Of a DNA stretch of 64,000 bases, positions 40,501-50,016 are shown piece by piece (the stretch's first letter is position 1; each line of letters begins with the position of its first letter). The stretch is from Candidatus Coprovivens sp. Lineage in GTDB: Bacteria > Bacillota_I > Bacilli_A > RF39 > UBA660. The notes below the pieces were generated by a model, which worked only from the letters and a program-made list of their open reading frames with translations, ran no database searches and was not told the origin of the DNA. The stretch lies in the NCBI GenBank assembly GCA_051892935.1, contig JBJFGS010000010.1:19469-83468 (forward strand), written 5' to 3'. The position numbers and the translations under genes were made by a program.

Positions 40501-41704
40501 TTTAAAACATTTCTTATTTGAAGAAAAAAACCTTATTATGGTTGCTGATGGATATTATAAAGGTATTGTAGATAATTTAGGTATTATTATTTCAAAATGG
40601 GATAAAATAATTGAATTTGTTAAGGAATTAGATGAAGATATTACAAAATTAACTTTGATTAGTATCGAGAATATTTTATCTCTAATTAATTTTGAAGATA
40701 ATATTTTAGCTAAATCAATTAGTAAAAATATTATTAAATCAATATATGAAGATGGATATTATGAAGTTAATGATTTAAACAAAAGAATTAATATGTTAGT
40801 TGATTTATTTAGAGAGTCTTATAAAAGAGTTACTAGTACTGTTCCTTATCTATGTTATAAAGATGATATATATAGAATTGAAATATTAGATAATTATAAT
40901 CAAGATATACTTAAAACGATAAAAGGTTCTTTATATAAGGTTGGAACTATCGGAAATGATTTCTTACATTATTCGATATTAAATAAAAATGGTATACAAA
41001 TTGGTATATATAAAGAAAATGAGCTAGTAGCTAAAATATTAGGTATAAGAAATGGAAATACAGTATACTTAAATGCTTTAGAGGGAGAAAAAAATACTGA
41101 ATATAATGAATTACTAAGATTATTTGCTAATGAACTAATTAGAATTACTAAAGATGATATAGAACCGATATTGTATGTTACTATAGTAAATAATGATGTT
41201 TATAGTAGTAGAAATGGATTAAAAATCGATACTACTATGTGCCCTATTATAAATAATCCTATTAATAAGGTGTATTATGATTACGAGAAGTTTACTGAAT
41301 ATAAGAATTTATTAGATATAGATGATATGTATACTAATTATAAGGATAATATTAGTACTTTACTTGCTAGTGACAATGTTGTTGATAAAAATAATTTTAA
41401 ATATTATGATGCTGATGATAAGTATTATAGAAGAAGAAATAGTATTGTTAGATTGAGTAATAATATTGGAGAAGAATATTTAAATAAGATTGATACTATA
41501 TTATATTTATGTAAATTAGAAGATGAAAGTATCGATATTAATAATATTACTTTAAGTATGATTAATACTATTTATTTAGGAGATGACTTTGTATTATTTG
41601 TAACTAATAGAGATAATATTTTGAAGTTTGTTTTACCATATGATGAAAGAGCGGCAAAAGAAGTTGAATTATTATTGATACAAATAAAAGAAGGAATTGT
41701 TTAA
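37526..41704 (+). CDS. 1392-aa cytoplasmic hypothetical protein (helical N-terminus, alpha/beta C-terminal domain)
   Basis: Long ORF, SD GGAGG 16 nt after the sortase stop, no TM or signal; C-terminal STVPY...NKNG...KILGIRNGNTVYLN. Confidence 0.8.
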   Translation: MNISDLKDILEDLVHTKLYVSSITTKEQQHKYKEMKKYLKKSDNLLEDIKTILVTRNNENFFAYDEYITDFLVNANIDIKLEILNNQSKYEDIIKNNNVYISIWDSLNNKERITYLENKKKYTDIDILLINYILKDSGNFKDNIVLCEVLNNADIRNKIPPFSIEINYTYNLLSYINLSDFEVCSILTKDSYTKLLLKKCKKFDDFLQIYESNNAIYNLILNNSLVFNNADNKSIYKFILDNPNFIGKFNNKYLDLFNILEITKISKLPTLDNDAFSAIIQKLYKLNPDEADNYFSEINLKKCSKHSISIYPFEYINNELQEKIFNTYNLFNKFIDTIMIEAINNRFDEEDIVNILRNDTFINDTSSYGIELLLNKLSFKSAFNMLQRKNIFNKINNLHVKLDTKDSIFFKGFLDSPVLVKKSEHNMIYEMLGLLNKDDVLYYITLPYILNELSNYEIINLAISKNIKLTDLYDNTELKNVLNITDLISYIDKLFETNIDLNIFKNKSICKKIFNLSDKQFNDINFDEVNYLFETVRMKSLLSKQDTKITILSYKSVLASYLVLGLDETIKLVNDGNKDITLEEIKQLQNEIVSEKILIFKENNSAIFQNMAKKIISNLYDIGECEDINEFSRRVRKNAYLDNVIYLILDNNFDTYNGVTNKFFGFIKYRTYDEYAAKKEIYDYSKAFTECYIYNKIKEYNEEFEKIILVNFKPKESVIYSKRKEIGKEFLNKLKFKLFVRALTDPNKDIYVNYFRDGYPINEVKNKYIKYLANEDVDFESILEHVLLPIVNDRFDKENCLCKLGINKPKNTDEYLKYLDDLKTVTELNTLIDKYKINYSFEQVISIMNYICYGNKLDVKLKKRELLKLKKAANLVLGLTGEIYVDKSASKFIYKDNMDVYNIEEIIEYSNYLKILDDIVNKTYSYVSKNMDSEKIKSAFSHDYFNAINTDNCVFPISSKYYEPRRRVLSINDLEVVFNGYDLSIYKELDDSLKHFLFEEKNLIMVADGYYKGIVDNLGIIISKWDKIIEFVKELDEDITKLTLISIENILSLINFEDNILAKSISKNIIKSIYEDGYYEVNDLNKRINMLVDLFRESYKRVTSTVPYLCYKDDIYRIEILDNYNQDILKTIKGSLYKVGTIGNDFLHYSILNKNGIQIGIYKENELVAKILGIRNGNTVYLNALEGEKNTEYNELLRLFANELIRITKDDIEPILYVTIVNNDVYSSRNGLKIDTTMCPIINNPINKVYYDYEKFTEYKNLLDIDDMYTNYKDNISTLLASDNVVDKNNFKYYDADDKYYRRRNSIVRLSNNIGEEYLNKIDTILYLCKLEDESIDINNITLSMINTIYLGDDFVLFVTNRDNILKFVLPYDERAAKEVELLLIQIKEGIV

Positions 41705-41707
41705 ATT

Positions 41708-41733
41708 TAAAACTCCAAATGATTTGGAGTTTT
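41708..41733. terminator. Bidirectional terminator
   Basis: AAAACTCCAAAT-g-ATTTGGAGTTTT. Confidence 0.75.
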
Positions 41734-42815
41734 TATATGTTATATTTTTGAATTATTTGATAATTTTCTTTTAACCTCTTGTTATTTTTATTAATATTTA
41801 AGGCTTTTTTTATGTATCGATGTGCTTCTTTATATTTTCTATTGTTAAAGCAACTTATTGACAATAAATCGTATATTGTTTCGTTCCATGCTTTTTCTTC
41901 ATTTATATATGAATAGCTTTTATCTTTTATTTTAAGGGCTTTTTTTAAATAGTATTCAGTATTATAATAGTCTTTTATTAAATAGTATAGATTTCCTAAA
42001 TCAAAATATGGTTCTCTTAAGTAAGGTGCTTCTTCAATGGCTTTTTTATACCACATTATTGCTTCTTCTATGTATCCTTTATTTAAGTAAGAAAATGCTA
42101 TATATCTCATAGAAGCACAACGCTCATCTTTCCATGTAGCTGTTGGTAGATTAAGATGTTTATGTAAAGTTTCAATACATTTATCCCACTCTTTATAATA
42201 CATGTATTCTCTACCTAAATAATGAACATTTCGATCATCATTTGGTTGTTCTTTTACAGATAATTCTAATAATGGAAGATATGTATTTCGAGCTTTAGTA
42301 TAATCTTGATAATGATTTAAAGTTATTCCTGGTATTATTATTTCTTTTTCTTCTTTATTACATGATAAGACTTCATGAACAGGATGAACCCATTTGTAAT
42401 TGTTACGACTATGAATCTTATTTATGTAAAATGTTGTACCAGGATTACCTAACGAATCGAAACTCCAATTATATAAATATTTGGCTCTGGTTGTATCTTC
42501 TTGCCAATACTCTTCTATTTTAGCTCGCCATCCTTTTTCAAATCTTTCATCTAAATCAGTACATACACAAATATCTGTATCTTTAGATACATATGATAAT
42601 GAAAGATTTCTAGCGATATCAAATCGCCAAGGTACTATTTTTTCTTGATATAGTTTTATTTTAGGAAATCTCTTTAAAAGACTGATAGATTCATCTGTTG
42701 AACCAGTATCTAAGACTATTATTTCGTCTGCTTCTTTCATTGAGTTATACCATTCTTTGATATTTTTTTCTTCATTTTTACATAAAGCATATACTGTTAT
42801 TTTATGTTTGGACAT
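41733..42815 (-). CDS. GT2 glycosyltransferase with C-terminal TPR repeats
   Basis: YALCKNEE, VLDTGSTD, RFDIARN, DLDE, WVHPVHE, HYLGREY and TPR motifs. Confidence 0.93.
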   Translation of the reverse strand: MSKHKITVYALCKNEEKNIKEWYNSMKEADEIIVLDTGSTDESISLLKRFPKIKLYQEKIVPWRFDIARNLSLSYVSKDTDICVCTDLDERFEKGWRAKIEEYWQEDTTRAKYLYNWSFDSLGNPGTTFYINKIHSRNNYKWVHPVHEVLSCNKEEKEIIIPGITLNHYQDYTKARNTYLPLLELSVKEQPNDDRNVHYLGREYMYYKEWDKCIETLHKHLNLPTATWKDERCASMRYIAFSYLNKGYIEEAIMWYKKAIEEAPYLREPYFDLGNLYYLIKDYYNTEYYLKKALKIKDKSYSYINEEKAWNETIYDLLSISCFNNRKYKEAHRYIKKALNINKNNKRLKENYQIIQKYNI

Positions 42816-42911
42816 ATTATCACCTATAATAGTTTATGTTAATAATGAAAGATATTGATAAAAAAATAATAAATATATGATATAATTATTAATAATAGAG
42901 GGTCGTATATT

Positions 42912-44609
42912 ATGAACGAGAAAAATGATATAAATAATATAAAAGATCAAAAAGCAGATAAAAATTCACATAAAACAATAAAAAAAGAAAACTTTTTTAA
43001 GAATATTGTTGAATTTTTGTTATGGTTGAAAAAGCAGTTTTCTCAAATAAATATTAAAAGTTTTTTTCCTCATTTTAATAAAAAAATATCATTAAAAAAT
43101 AAAAAGCAAAGAACTACTATTATTTTTTCTTTGGCAGTTGCTTTCTTTATAATTAGTTTTTTTATAATTGTAATGAATCTAGATTTTATATTTAATAAGT
43201 ATCAAGGAAGAATAGTTGCTGATAGTGAAACAGGTATAAAGTATATAAGCATTAAAGATGGATATATAACAGAAAAATTAATAGTTGAAGCCGGAGAAAT
43301 TCTTCCTTCTGTTAATGATTATTTTAGTCCTAATTACGAAATAGATAACGATTATAAGATTTCTTATTATATGGGGAATACTGCTATACCAATAGATACT
43401 TTCGCTGTTAAGTCAGAGGAAGGACTATTGTATATAATTGGTTCTAATAATACATTAACTGTTAAAATAACTAATTATGGAGAAGAATATGAAAGTTCTT
43501 TATTAATAAGGGATAGTACTGCTCCTACTATTCAGTTGGAACCAGTAACTATTGTTGAAGGAGATAGTATTAATCCTATATCTTTTGTAGCTATATTTAT
43601 GGATAATAGTCGTTCATTTGATTTTACTGCTGAAATTGTTAATCCTAGTGATTATAGTAAACCTGGTACTTATAATGTTGAAGTTAAAGTTTGTGATTAT
43701 TCAAAGAATTGTACTAGTGATAAAACAGTTTTAACGGTTGAGAAAAAACCTTCTACTGGTAGTTCTTCTGGTGGTGGTAGTACTAATAAAAAACCTAGTA
43801 GTGGTACAACAAGTTCAAGCGGTGGTAATACTTCTGATAGTGGTGGATCTGGTGGATCTGGTGGATCCGGCGGTTCTGGTGGTTCTGGAAGTGGTTCTTC
43901 TGGTAGTGGTTCTTCAACTATAGGAGGTTCTACTTTGGTTTCAGCTAGTGTTAGAGTTGCAAAAGGAACGTATACTAAAGATAATTATGATTTAACAATT
44001 AATTATTATGGAACAAAACATACTACACATTATGATAAAGTTACTTTTACAATGTATAATGATGGATATGCTGATGTAATAAGTTATGAAGGAAAAGGAA
44101 GCCAGTCTTGGAATTATAGTGGTTTTTCTAACGATTCGAAAAATTTGAGTTTAATGAAGCGTGATGCTATGGCTCTTTTCGTCTCATCTGAATCGTTTTA
44201 TGAAACTACTCAAAATATTTTTCTTAATAATTCAAATGCAGAAAGAACAAAAGTTGGAGTTTCAAAGTTATCTATAGATTATGATTTAAATATAATAGCA
44301 CAAATAAGATGTTATGAGATTGTATATGGTAACGCTTTAGGACATACAAGACCCGGAAATAAAACAGTTAAAAGTTTAATAAAGACCGAATATGGATATA
44401 ATGCTGCTAAAGCATCTGATGGCTTACGTCATTATGGTGAAAATATTGCATATGGTCAATCTTCAAGTGATGATGCCATTGCTGCATTAATTGCTTCTCC
44501 TGGCCACTATGCTAATATTGTTGATTCATCATTTAGTAAGATGGGTGTTGGTTCTTTATATGATAAAAATAAAAAGCAATGGATAAGAGTTCAGATATTT
44601 ACTTCATAA
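42912..44609 (+). CDS. Membrane-anchored Ig-like + Gly/Ser linker + CAP (SCP) domain protein
   Basis: TM; DSTAPTI; (GGS)n linker; HTRPG, GENIAYG, SPGHYANI, VQIF. Confidence 0.88.
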   Translation: MNEKNDINNIKDQKADKNSHKTIKKENFFKNIVEFLLWLKKQFSQINIKSFFPHFNKKISLKNKKQRTTIIFSLAVAFFIISFFIIVMNLDFIFNKYQGRIVADSETGIKYISIKDGYITEKLIVEAGEILPSVNDYFSPNYEIDNDYKISYYMGNTAIPIDTFAVKSEEGLLYIIGSNNTLTVKITNYGEEYESSLLIRDSTAPTIQLEPVTIVEGDSINPISFVAIFMDNSRSFDFTAEIVNPSDYSKPGTYNVEVKVCDYSKNCTSDKTVLTVEKKPSTGSSSGGGSTNKKPSSGTTSSSGGNTSDSGGSGGSGGSGGSGGSGSGSSGSGSSTIGGSTLVSASVRVAKGTYTKDNYDLTINYYGTKHTTHYDKVTFTMYNDGYADVISYEGKGSQSWNYSGFSNDSKNLSLMKRDAMALFVSSESFYETTQNIFLNNSNAERTKVGVSKLSIDYDLNIIAQIRCYEIVYGNALGHTRPGNKTVKSLIKTEYGYNAAKASDGLRHYGENIAYGQSSSDDAIAALIASPGHYANIVDSSFSKMGVGSLYDKNKKQWIRVQIFTS

Positions 44610-44654
44610 AAAGATGTTTAACATCTTTTTTATTTTATATAAAAAGAAATAGGT

Positions 44655-45923
44655 TTAACCTATTTCTTGAAATCCTTCACGATTTAAGTAGTTTTCTATA
44701 TCTGTTTTTTTACTATAGTTGCTTCCAATTACTGTTACACTTTCAACTCTTTTAATTGTTAGTTCACTATCTAAACAAGTGTAATTGACTTCACCATAGT
44801 ATTGTTTTCTTGCTTCTTCGTATTTTACTTCATCTTGATATTTAAATAGTGTTGTATATGTTCCGTTTAATAATATTGAATAGTCTGCATAATCATAGAA
44901 GTGAAGTTCATATGATTCTTCTACTTCGTATCCAGCATCATATAGGAATCCACTGTTTTTATAGTATTTTTTTACATTTCCTCTAGCTTCAATAATTAAA
45001 CTCGCTTGTTTTGTTACTGAATTTTGATATGCATCTGTTGCAACTACATAGACAACATATGAACCAGGTGTAGTGTATTTTTGTTCTGTTTCACTATCTT
45101 GAAAAGAGTAATTACAACCACTCCAGTCTATACAACTTTCAACAAAGCTTGCTGCATTGTATGTTCCACCTTCTACTACATATACTGGTCTTACTTCTAA
45201 TAAAGGTTTAGTTGTATCTTTTATTATTATTTTACCAGTTTTAGTTATTCCTTTATATGTGATTGTAAATTCATATTCTCCTGCTTCTTCTAATTTAACA
45301 TTTGATGTATCTAATGCATATAGTAGTTCATCTATTTCACCTTTTCCTGGTTCGACATATGAACTAGTTCTAATTGGTAGTTTTTCCCCTAACTCTATTT
45401 CAACCGTTAATGGTTTAAAGTCTTTTTCTGTAGGAGCATGTGTTATATAGTACCAAAAACTTCCTAGAGCAATAATTACTATTAGGGAGAATAGCGCCAT
45501 ACTATTTTGAAATTTCTGTGCCACTTTGGATGGCTTTATTTTTTCTTTTTTCTTTTTCTTTGTTTTTAATTTTATTTTTTCTTCTTTTCGAGCTTCGATA
45601 TCTATTTGTTCTGGATAAGATAAGTTTGCTCTTATTGTCGCTTCGCCATTGTCATCGATGGTTGCTATAACAGCTGATCCATCGCTTTTTAAGTCATTAT
45701 CTTTACTTATCAGTTCTATCTCGTCAGCTCCTAGTGGAGTGTTGTTGTCTGATTTGGGTATGATTGCTGAAAGGTCTCTTACTTTTCTTATCTCTTCACT
45801 TTCATCAATCATTGTTGGCATTATAGTAGGTATTTCTTGATTAGCTTGTTCAGGAGTTTTTTCCTTTTTATCTTTTTCTAAGACATCTTCTTTTTTAGCA
45901 TTTGTCTTTTCTTTTTCATCCAT
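44655..45923 (-). CDS. Membrane-anchored Ig-like repeat protein
   Basis: Acidic/basic cytoplasmic N-terminus, TM, IELGEKLP...DTTKP...PGSYVVYVVATD. Confidence 0.75.
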   Translation of the reverse strand: MDEKEKTNAKKEDVLEKDKKEKTPEQANQEIPTIMPTMIDESEEIRKVRDLSAIIPKSDNNTPLGADEIELISKDNDLKSDGSAVIATIDDNGEATIRANLSYPEQIDIEARKEEKIKLKTKKKKKEKIKPSKVAQKFQNSMALFSLIVIIALGSFWYYITHAPTEKDFKPLTVEIELGEKLPIRTSSYVEPGKGEIDELLYALDTSNVKLEEAGEYEFTITYKGITKTGKIIIKDTTKPLLEVRPVYVVEGGTYNAASFVESCIDWSGCNYSFQDSETEQKYTTPGSYVVYVVATDAYQNSVTKQASLIIEARGNVKKYYKNSGFLYDAGYEVEESYELHFYDYADYSILLNGTYTTLFKYQDEVKYEEARKQYYGEVNYTCLDSELTIKRVESVTVIGSNYSKKTDIENYLNREGFQEIG

Positions 45924-46030
45924 AAAAAGTCATCTTCTCCTTCCTATTCTTTATATCTCCCCTACTATAATAAATATACACTTTTTTTACTTTTTTTTCA
46001 ATATAAAAAGCACCATAAGGTGCTTTTCCA

Positions 46031-48703
46031 CTATCTTGTATAAGTAGTTTTTTCTTCTTCAGTTGGATTTTCGGCTAAGTCAATTTCAAATAGTATGTCA
46101 TTTCCGTTTTTTGTTTTTTCACCGGTTCTGACTTGTAATTTGTAATCTCCATATTTACCTAATAATTCTCTATTATCTTTAAATGCTATATCTTGTGTTT
46201 CTCCATCAATGTATTGAGCTTTTGTTCTACTACGTGCATTGTTTTTGTTTACTAAACTTATTCTTGCTTTTAAATCACGTAATTGATTTCTTAGAGTCTC
46301 ACTATATTTAATTTGTAATCCATTTGTTAATAATGTAAGTTTAATTGCATCTACAGATTTTAAAATTCTATTTGTTTCTATATCAGCTTTTTGTTTGCGG
46401 TTTGGATTGAAATTTAAAGCAAATTTTTTTGTAACTACTCCCTCTATTTCTATTTTTTCTTGTATTTCTGGTTCAGTTGATTGTTCTGGTTGAGTTGGTG
46501 GTTCTGTCTGAGTTGATGGTTCTGTCTGAGTTGGTTGTTCTGTTTGACTTTGTTGATTTGGTTGTTCTGTTTGTCTTTGTTGATTTTGTTGTTCTTGTTT
46601 TTTCTGTTCTCTTATTTTCTTTTTATTAGCTCTTCTTTCATTAAGTAATGAAACAACATCAATATTTTTTTCGATGCTTTCAATCAATATCCTTCTATTC
46701 ATTACTGAATTTAATGCAGCAATGTATTCAACTAATTTATTTATTTTTGTATTAATTTCGGATTGTCTTTCTAGTGATGCATTATTAAGTCCCGCTTTTA
46801 ATTCTTCTATTTCTTCTAAGGCTTCAACAATCTTTTCGTTGTATTCTCTAATAAATTCTTCGTAATCCCTTTCAAATTTTATTTTTGGTAATTCAATTTC
46901 TTTTATAGTTGGAAGGGATGTAACAAAACATTTATATTTCTTACGTAATTCAGCACGTTGTTTAGACAAGTCTATATCTTTATCCATTATTTGATTATTA
47001 TAATTCATAGCATTATTTTCCCAAGATATAATATATTCTACTCTAGGCGGAATATTATTTATTTCTAAAGCAATAGTCTTATTTATTAGATTTATTTTTT
47101 CTATTAGTTCTTCTTTTTCTTTTAATGTTTCTATATAGAAATTAATAGCCTTTTCTCTTTCTTTAGTTTCTTCTTCCTGATTATTTCCAGGTGTTTCACC
47201 ATTATTCTCTGGTGTTTCGCCAGTATTTTCTGGTGTTTCACCAGTATTCTCTGGTGTTTCACCAGTGTTTTCTGGTGTTTCACCTGAACGAGATGATTTT
47301 GATAATGAATTATAGCTTTCTATTTTCTCTTTTAGAAGATTTCCTTTTATTTCATTAGGTATATTGTTAAAAGTATTTAAAATATTTTGTAATTCCTGTT
47401 TTACTTTTTCTTCTGTAATACTATCTTCTGAATTTACAAGTTCGTTTACTTTATTATCCAACAATGTAGTTGCTGCAGTGATATCCATTTTTTCTTTTAC
47501 TTCTGGTGTAACTAATTCAAGTTCAATTATCTTTTCCTCATTGTTTTCAAAAATAAAGCTTACTTTATTATCTAATTCAGATAATTCAACTCTTATTTGA
47601 GCGTTCTTTAATTGTTCAGATTGTTCAATAGCCTTTATTGCATCAATTAATTCAGCATATTTTTCTTTGAAAGTTGGATCTGTGAATTCAAATTTTTTTA
47701 TATATTCTATTTGTTCCTTGATTTTTTTAATTTCTTTGATAGATTCTAATAAGTTATTATCAATATTATCAGATAGTTCTTTTCTTCCTAATTCTGATAG
47801 TTTTTCTTTTTTCTCTGATGATATAAGTGGATATCTTGATAAAATATTAATAATTTCCAAATCCAGCAAAGCCACGTAATCACGAATTTCAAGTTTGGTA
47901 ATATCTTTTTTATATTGTTCAATTAAAACTATTACATAATTTTTTATTTCGTTTAGAGCATTATCATATGATTCTTGTTCTACTCTAAGCTCATTTTCGA
48001 CTTCTGTTGCAACTTTATCGAATATTTCTTCGTCAACTATTTTTGATAAAATAGTGATTAACTGTCTGTAATAATTATCATCGTCTTTTCCTAAAACTAA
48101 ATATCTATAAATGATTTTTAAGGTTTCTTCACTAATATTTATTTCAGCTATCGATACATTGTATTCACTATTTGGATTATTTTTACTATATTGGAGCAAA
48201 TTTTCATAAAATTTTTCATAAAGCCTTTTATAATCATCATAATAACCATTTATTGTTTTTATAGCAGCACTTATAAGATCTGTATTATTTTCATTTATAG
48301 CATTTACAATACCACTTAAACAATCGTTAATAGATTTTATTATTGTTTCTAAATTATACTTTGATTTTTCTACTTGATCTAATAATGTTCTATTTCTTTG
48401 AAGTTCTTTTTCAAAAATTTCTATTAGTTTTTCAACTTTTTCAACTTCATTTAGCGTCTCTTCAGAAGGATTAGCTTCATGTATTTTTTTAGCGTCTTTT
48501 AAAGCTTCTTTTAGCATTTTAAGATAAATATCAGAATTTATTTTAGGTCTACGAGCTGCTAATATTGTAAGAGTCTCAATATCAATTGTTCCAGTATTAT
48601 TTTTAGGAGTTCCTTCACCTAAATTAATAGTTCTGCCTGAATTTCCTAAAACTCTCTCAACAGCTTCTCTATCAACGTTTTCTGCAATTGTACTCATATT
48701 CAT
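46031..48703 (-). CDS. 890-aa coiled-coil hypothetical protein with GETPENT and QTEP repeats
   Basis: E/K/I/L-rich helices, no TM, tandem repeats; SD GGAAGGAG. Confidence 0.8.
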   Translation of the reverse strand: MNMSTIAENVDREAVERVLGNSGRTINLGEGTPKNNTGTIDIETLTILAARRPKINSDIYLKMLKEALKDAKKIHEANPSEETLNEVEKVEKLIEIFEKELQRNRTLLDQVEKSKYNLETIIKSINDCLSGIVNAINENNTDLISAAIKTINGYYDDYKRLYEKFYENLLQYSKNNPNSEYNVSIAEINISEETLKIIYRYLVLGKDDDNYYRQLITILSKIVDEEIFDKVATEVENELRVEQESYDNALNEIKNYVIVLIEQYKKDITKLEIRDYVALLDLEIINILSRYPLISSEKKEKLSELGRKELSDNIDNNLLESIKEIKKIKEQIEYIKKFEFTDPTFKEKYAELIDAIKAIEQSEQLKNAQIRVELSELDNKVSFIFENNEEKIIELELVTPEVKEKMDITAATTLLDNKVNELVNSEDSITEEKVKQELQNILNTFNNIPNEIKGNLLKEKIESYNSLSKSSRSGETPENTGETPENTGETPENTGETPENNGETPGNNQEEETKEREKAINFYIETLKEKEELIEKINLINKTIALEINNIPPRVEYIISWENNAMNYNNQIMDKDIDLSKQRAELRKKYKCFVTSLPTIKEIELPKIKFERDYEEFIREYNEKIVEALEEIEELKAGLNNASLERQSEINTKINKLVEYIAALNSVMNRRILIESIEKNIDVVSLLNERRANKKKIREQKKQEQQNQQRQTEQPNQQSQTEQPTQTEPSTQTEPPTQPEQSTEPEIQEKIEIEGVVTKKFALNFNPNRKQKADIETNRILKSVDAIKLTLLTNGLQIKYSETLRNQLRDLKARISLVNKNNARSRTKAQYIDGETQDIAFKDNRELLGKYGDYKLQVRTGEKTKNGNDILFEIDLAENPTEEEKTTYTR
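46470..46575 (-). repeat. Degenerate 18/27-bp repeats encoding QTEQ/QTEP
   Basis: GGTTCTGTCTGAGTTG recurs; protein QTEQPNQQSQTEQPTQTEPSTQTEPPTQPEQ. Confidence 0.75.
47180..47284 (-). repeat. 21-bp tandem repeat (5 units) encoding GETPENT
   Basis: GGTGTTTC(A/G)CC recurs every 21 bp. Confidence 0.9.
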
Positions 48704-48718
48704 TCTCCTTCCTGTATA

Positions 48719-48970
48719 TTATGCAACTAGGCTTTTTATAAAATTAGAAATTTTTTCTTTGTCAACTGGATTATTTATATCAATTAATTGATCATATCCT
48801 TCAGAGTCCTTAACGACATATGAAGCTAGTATGTCAACTGTTCCGTTTTTGTTATCAAGTGAGTATACTGCGTATTCTTTGCCATCTATTTCTACAACTG
48901 ATAATAGCTCAGCATCCATCACTTCTCCTGTTTCTATTTCAACTTGAAATTTTTGGTTGTTTTCTCTCAT
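48719..48970 (-). CDS. DUF1292-like small acidic protein
   Basis: ETGEVMDAELLSVVEIDGKEYAVYS...LIDINNPVDKEKI. Confidence 0.7.
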   Translation of the reverse strand: MRENNQKFQVEIETGEVMDAELLSVVEIDGKEYAVYSLDNKNGTVDILASYVVKDSEGYDQLIDINNPVDKEKISNFIKSLVA

Positions 48971-49033
48971 GAGTATTCCCCTCCGTTTTTCTTTTACATA
49001 TTTTATTATATCATACTTTTTTTATTTTTACTA

Positions 49034-49609
49034 TTAGTCTTTATCGTAGACTACACGAATTTTAGATAGATGTTTATATTTTATTATTTCTTCTTTTAAA
49101 TCATCTTGTTCAAATATGACTAATTCGCCGAATTCCCATATACTAAATGATGCAATAAAATACAATATTTCATAGATTGGTATCAACAATTTAACATTGT
49201 ATAGTAGCATTGAAATGATGAATGTTACTATTCCTAACATTAGAAAGTAATAGCTTTTTTGTTTTATTCTTTTTAATTCTGTTTCTTTATTTATTGATAT
49301 AAAAGTAAATCTATTTTTTATCAGTTTTCTAACAGTTATTTTTTGTTCAGCACTAAAGGTCTTATTGTGTATTTCTAATACTAACGGATAATCTAGTGGT
49401 ATTATTTCTGCTCTTTTTTCGATTACTTCTATAAATTCAGCCTTTAATACAGGTTGATCTTCTAAAGAAAAATCTGAGATTATGCTTTTATAATCTGATA
49501 CTTTTAATGAAATGTAAGCTTCGTTGTCATTTATTTTCAAATTATTAATCTTTTTATAGTGTTCAAATTTTTCCTTTTGATATTTTTTTAACTTTTCTGG
49601 TGATGCCAT
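49034..49609 (-). CDS. Hypothetical membrane protein (2 C-terminal TMs)
   Basis: Soluble N-terminal domain plus two hydrophobic helices (SFSIWEFGE). Confidence 0.75.
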   Translation of the reverse strand: MASPEKLKKYQKEKFEHYKKINNLKINDNEAYISLKVSDYKSIISDFSLEDQPVLKAEFIEVIEKRAEIIPLDYPLVLEIHNKTFSAEQKITVRKLIKNRFTFISINKETELKRIKQKSYYFLMLGIVTFIISMLLYNVKLLIPIYEILYFIASFSIWEFGELVIFEQDDLKEEIIKYKHLSKIRVVYDKD

Positions 49610-49615
49610 ATTTTA

Positions 49616-49888
49616 TCACTTTCTAGTATTTTGATAGTAATTTGTTTCTGCTATTTGTTCTGCTAGGAATGTTAGTTCATCATCTTCGTCATCATCTACT
49701 TGATCAATCATGTATAATAGTTCAGACATACTTGTACATTTTCCAATATCAATATTGTATTTACCTAATGTATTTACTTGGTTATCTGTAAGGAGAAGAC
49801 CATTTTTTCTAGCTTTTAAAAGATTTTTATCTACTTCATTTAGTCCTACTAGTTCTTCTATTTCATCGTTGGTTAGTTCGTTAATCAT
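49616..49888 (-). CDS. Small acidic hypothetical protein
   Basis: SD AGGTGA + ATG; NGLLLTDNQVNTLGKYNID...NYYQNTRK. Confidence 0.75.
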   Translation of the reverse strand: MINELTNDEIEELVGLNEVDKNLLKARKNGLLLTDNQVNTLGKYNIDIGKCTSMSELLYMIDQVDDDEDDELTFLAEQIAETNYYQNTRK

Positions 49889-50016
49889 TTTTTTCACCTA
49901 TCTTTACTATTCTTTATAATTATATCATATTTTGTTACTATCTTCCTAGTAAATTAATAAATTTTTATGAAGAAGTTATTTTTTTATAAAAGAACTAAAA
50001 AAAGACTTTATGTAGT

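Noticed and set aside
43755-43920. GC-richer repetitive tract
   Set aside because: Encodes the Gly/Ser linker of the CAP protein; the overlapping 61-aa Val/Leu ORF is an off-frame artefact.
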